DNA from: Candidatus Moraniibacteriota bacterium
GTDB taxonomy: Bacteria > Patescibacteriota > Minisyncoccia > Moranbacterales > DUUL01
Reading direction: 5' to 3'
NCBI GenBank assembly: GCA_027008775.1
Contig: JALVDV010000010.1
Span: 32,529 to 96,528 of the forward strand
Length of the DNA stretch: 64,000 nt
Part shown: in pieces, positions 63,562 to 64,000 of the stretch
Position numbering within the stretch: position 1 is the stretch's first letter
Layout of the letters: the number at the start of each line of letters is the position of its first letter
Notes under the pieces: model-generated
What the model saw: only the letters and a program-made list of their open reading frames with translations
What the model was told of the DNA's origin: nothing
Database searches by the model: none
Position numbers and translations under genes: made by a program

Positions 63562-64000
63562 ATGAAAATTTTTGCCAAAAACCCACGCGCCTCTTTTGAT
63601 TATACGTTCCTGGAAAAATACGAGGCCGGTTTGGTTTTGACCGGAATGGAAGTGAAGTCTATCAAAGCCGGACAAGCCTCTTTGAGAGGCGCTTTTATAA
63701 CACCCCACAAAGAGAACGAACTGTTTTTAACAAATGCCACTATTCCGCCCTATAAATTTGCCGGCTCGGTGGGGGATTATGATCCTACCGCCCCGCGCAA
63801 GTTGCTTTTGCACAAGAAAGAAATCCTTTATTTAATAGGAAAAGTACGGACAGAGGGATTGACAATGGTACCTATTTCGTTGTATAATCGTCGGGGTAAA
63901 ATAAAGTTGGAGTTTGCTTTGGCCCGCGGAAAGAAGAAGTACGACAAACGCGAGGATTTAAAGAAAAGAACGGCCAGACGAGAAATGGAGAGAAGGATGA
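63562..64000 (+). CDS. smpB: SsrA-binding protein SmpB (runs to the window edge; 3-prime end may be truncated)
   Basis: FAKNPRASFDYTFLEKYEAGLVLTGMEVKSIKAGQASLRGAFI... and KLLLHKKEI motif typical of SmpB. Confidence 0.9.
   Translation, partial: MKIFAKNPRASFDYTFLEKYEAGLVLTGMEVKSIKAGQASLRGAFITPHKENELFLTNATIPPYKFAGSVGDYDPTAPRKLLLHKKEILYLIGKVRTEGLTMVPISLYNRRGKIKLEFALARGKKKYDKREDLKKRTARREMERRM

Noticed and set aside
1-64000. CRISPR arrays, rRNA and tRNA genes
   Set aside because: I saw no regularly spaced direct repeats of 25-40 bp and no rRNA- or tRNA-like conserved stretches (for example GGTTCGAATCC T-loops) in the intergenic regions. The repeats present are palindromes or hairpin elements, not arrays.

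Overview
The window is 64 kb of a low-GC (roughly 35-40% by eye) bacterial chromosome. Most genes are on the minus strand and housekeeping content is dense. The left 10.5 kb holds an rplU-rpsJ-rplC-rplD-rplW-rplB-rpsS-rplV-rpsC-rplP-rpmC-rpsQ-rplN-rplX-rplE-rpsH-rpsN-rplF-rplR-rpsE-rplO-secY cluster on the minus strand. It has no rpmD/L30, and rpsH/rpsN are in swapped order. A second cluster at 18.6-23.3 kb is infA-rpmJ-rpsM-rpsK-rpsD-rpoA-rplQ-rplM-rpsI. Several ribosomal proteins carry K/E-rich extensions, and together with the missing L30 this suggests a CPR/Patescibacteria-like organism; that is an inference. Other recognisable genes are murG, a second MurG-like glycosyltransferase, a DedA membrane protein, rsmA, mraY, a D-Ala-D-Ala carboxypeptidase, scpAB, aspS, a double-CxxC DsbA-like protein, ispG, rubrerythrin, desulfoferrodoxin, ftsH, tilS, gmk (with a mutated P-loop), rpsA and smpB. 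Accessory content includes a complete Tad/Flp-type pilus module with no secretin (tadE-like x2, cpaB, cpaE/tadZ-like, cpaF, tadB, tadC) and an 897-aa membrane protein with a degenerate PP2C-like domain. A Wzx/Wzy/Wzz-type surface-glycan cluster (wzx, GT4, O-antigen-ligase-like, wzz-like, GT2, PMT-like GT-C, DUF2207, metallophosphoesterase) is interrupted by a 2.3-kb cassette. The cassette is flanked by roughly 65-bp direct repeats and carries a COG1373 AAA ATPase plus a HepT/MntA toxin-antitoxin pair in which mntA appears frameshifted. Next to it sits a GC-rich (about 50-70%) gene for a secreted protein. Two repeat families sit in intergenic regions: a 28-bp palindrome (four copies at three loci) and a roughly 95-bp element with 22-bp inverted termini (two full copies and one partial copy). 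I found no rRNA, tRNA, tmRNA or CRISPR array. Coordinates I derived by hand, rather than from the ORF track, may be off by 1-2 nt.
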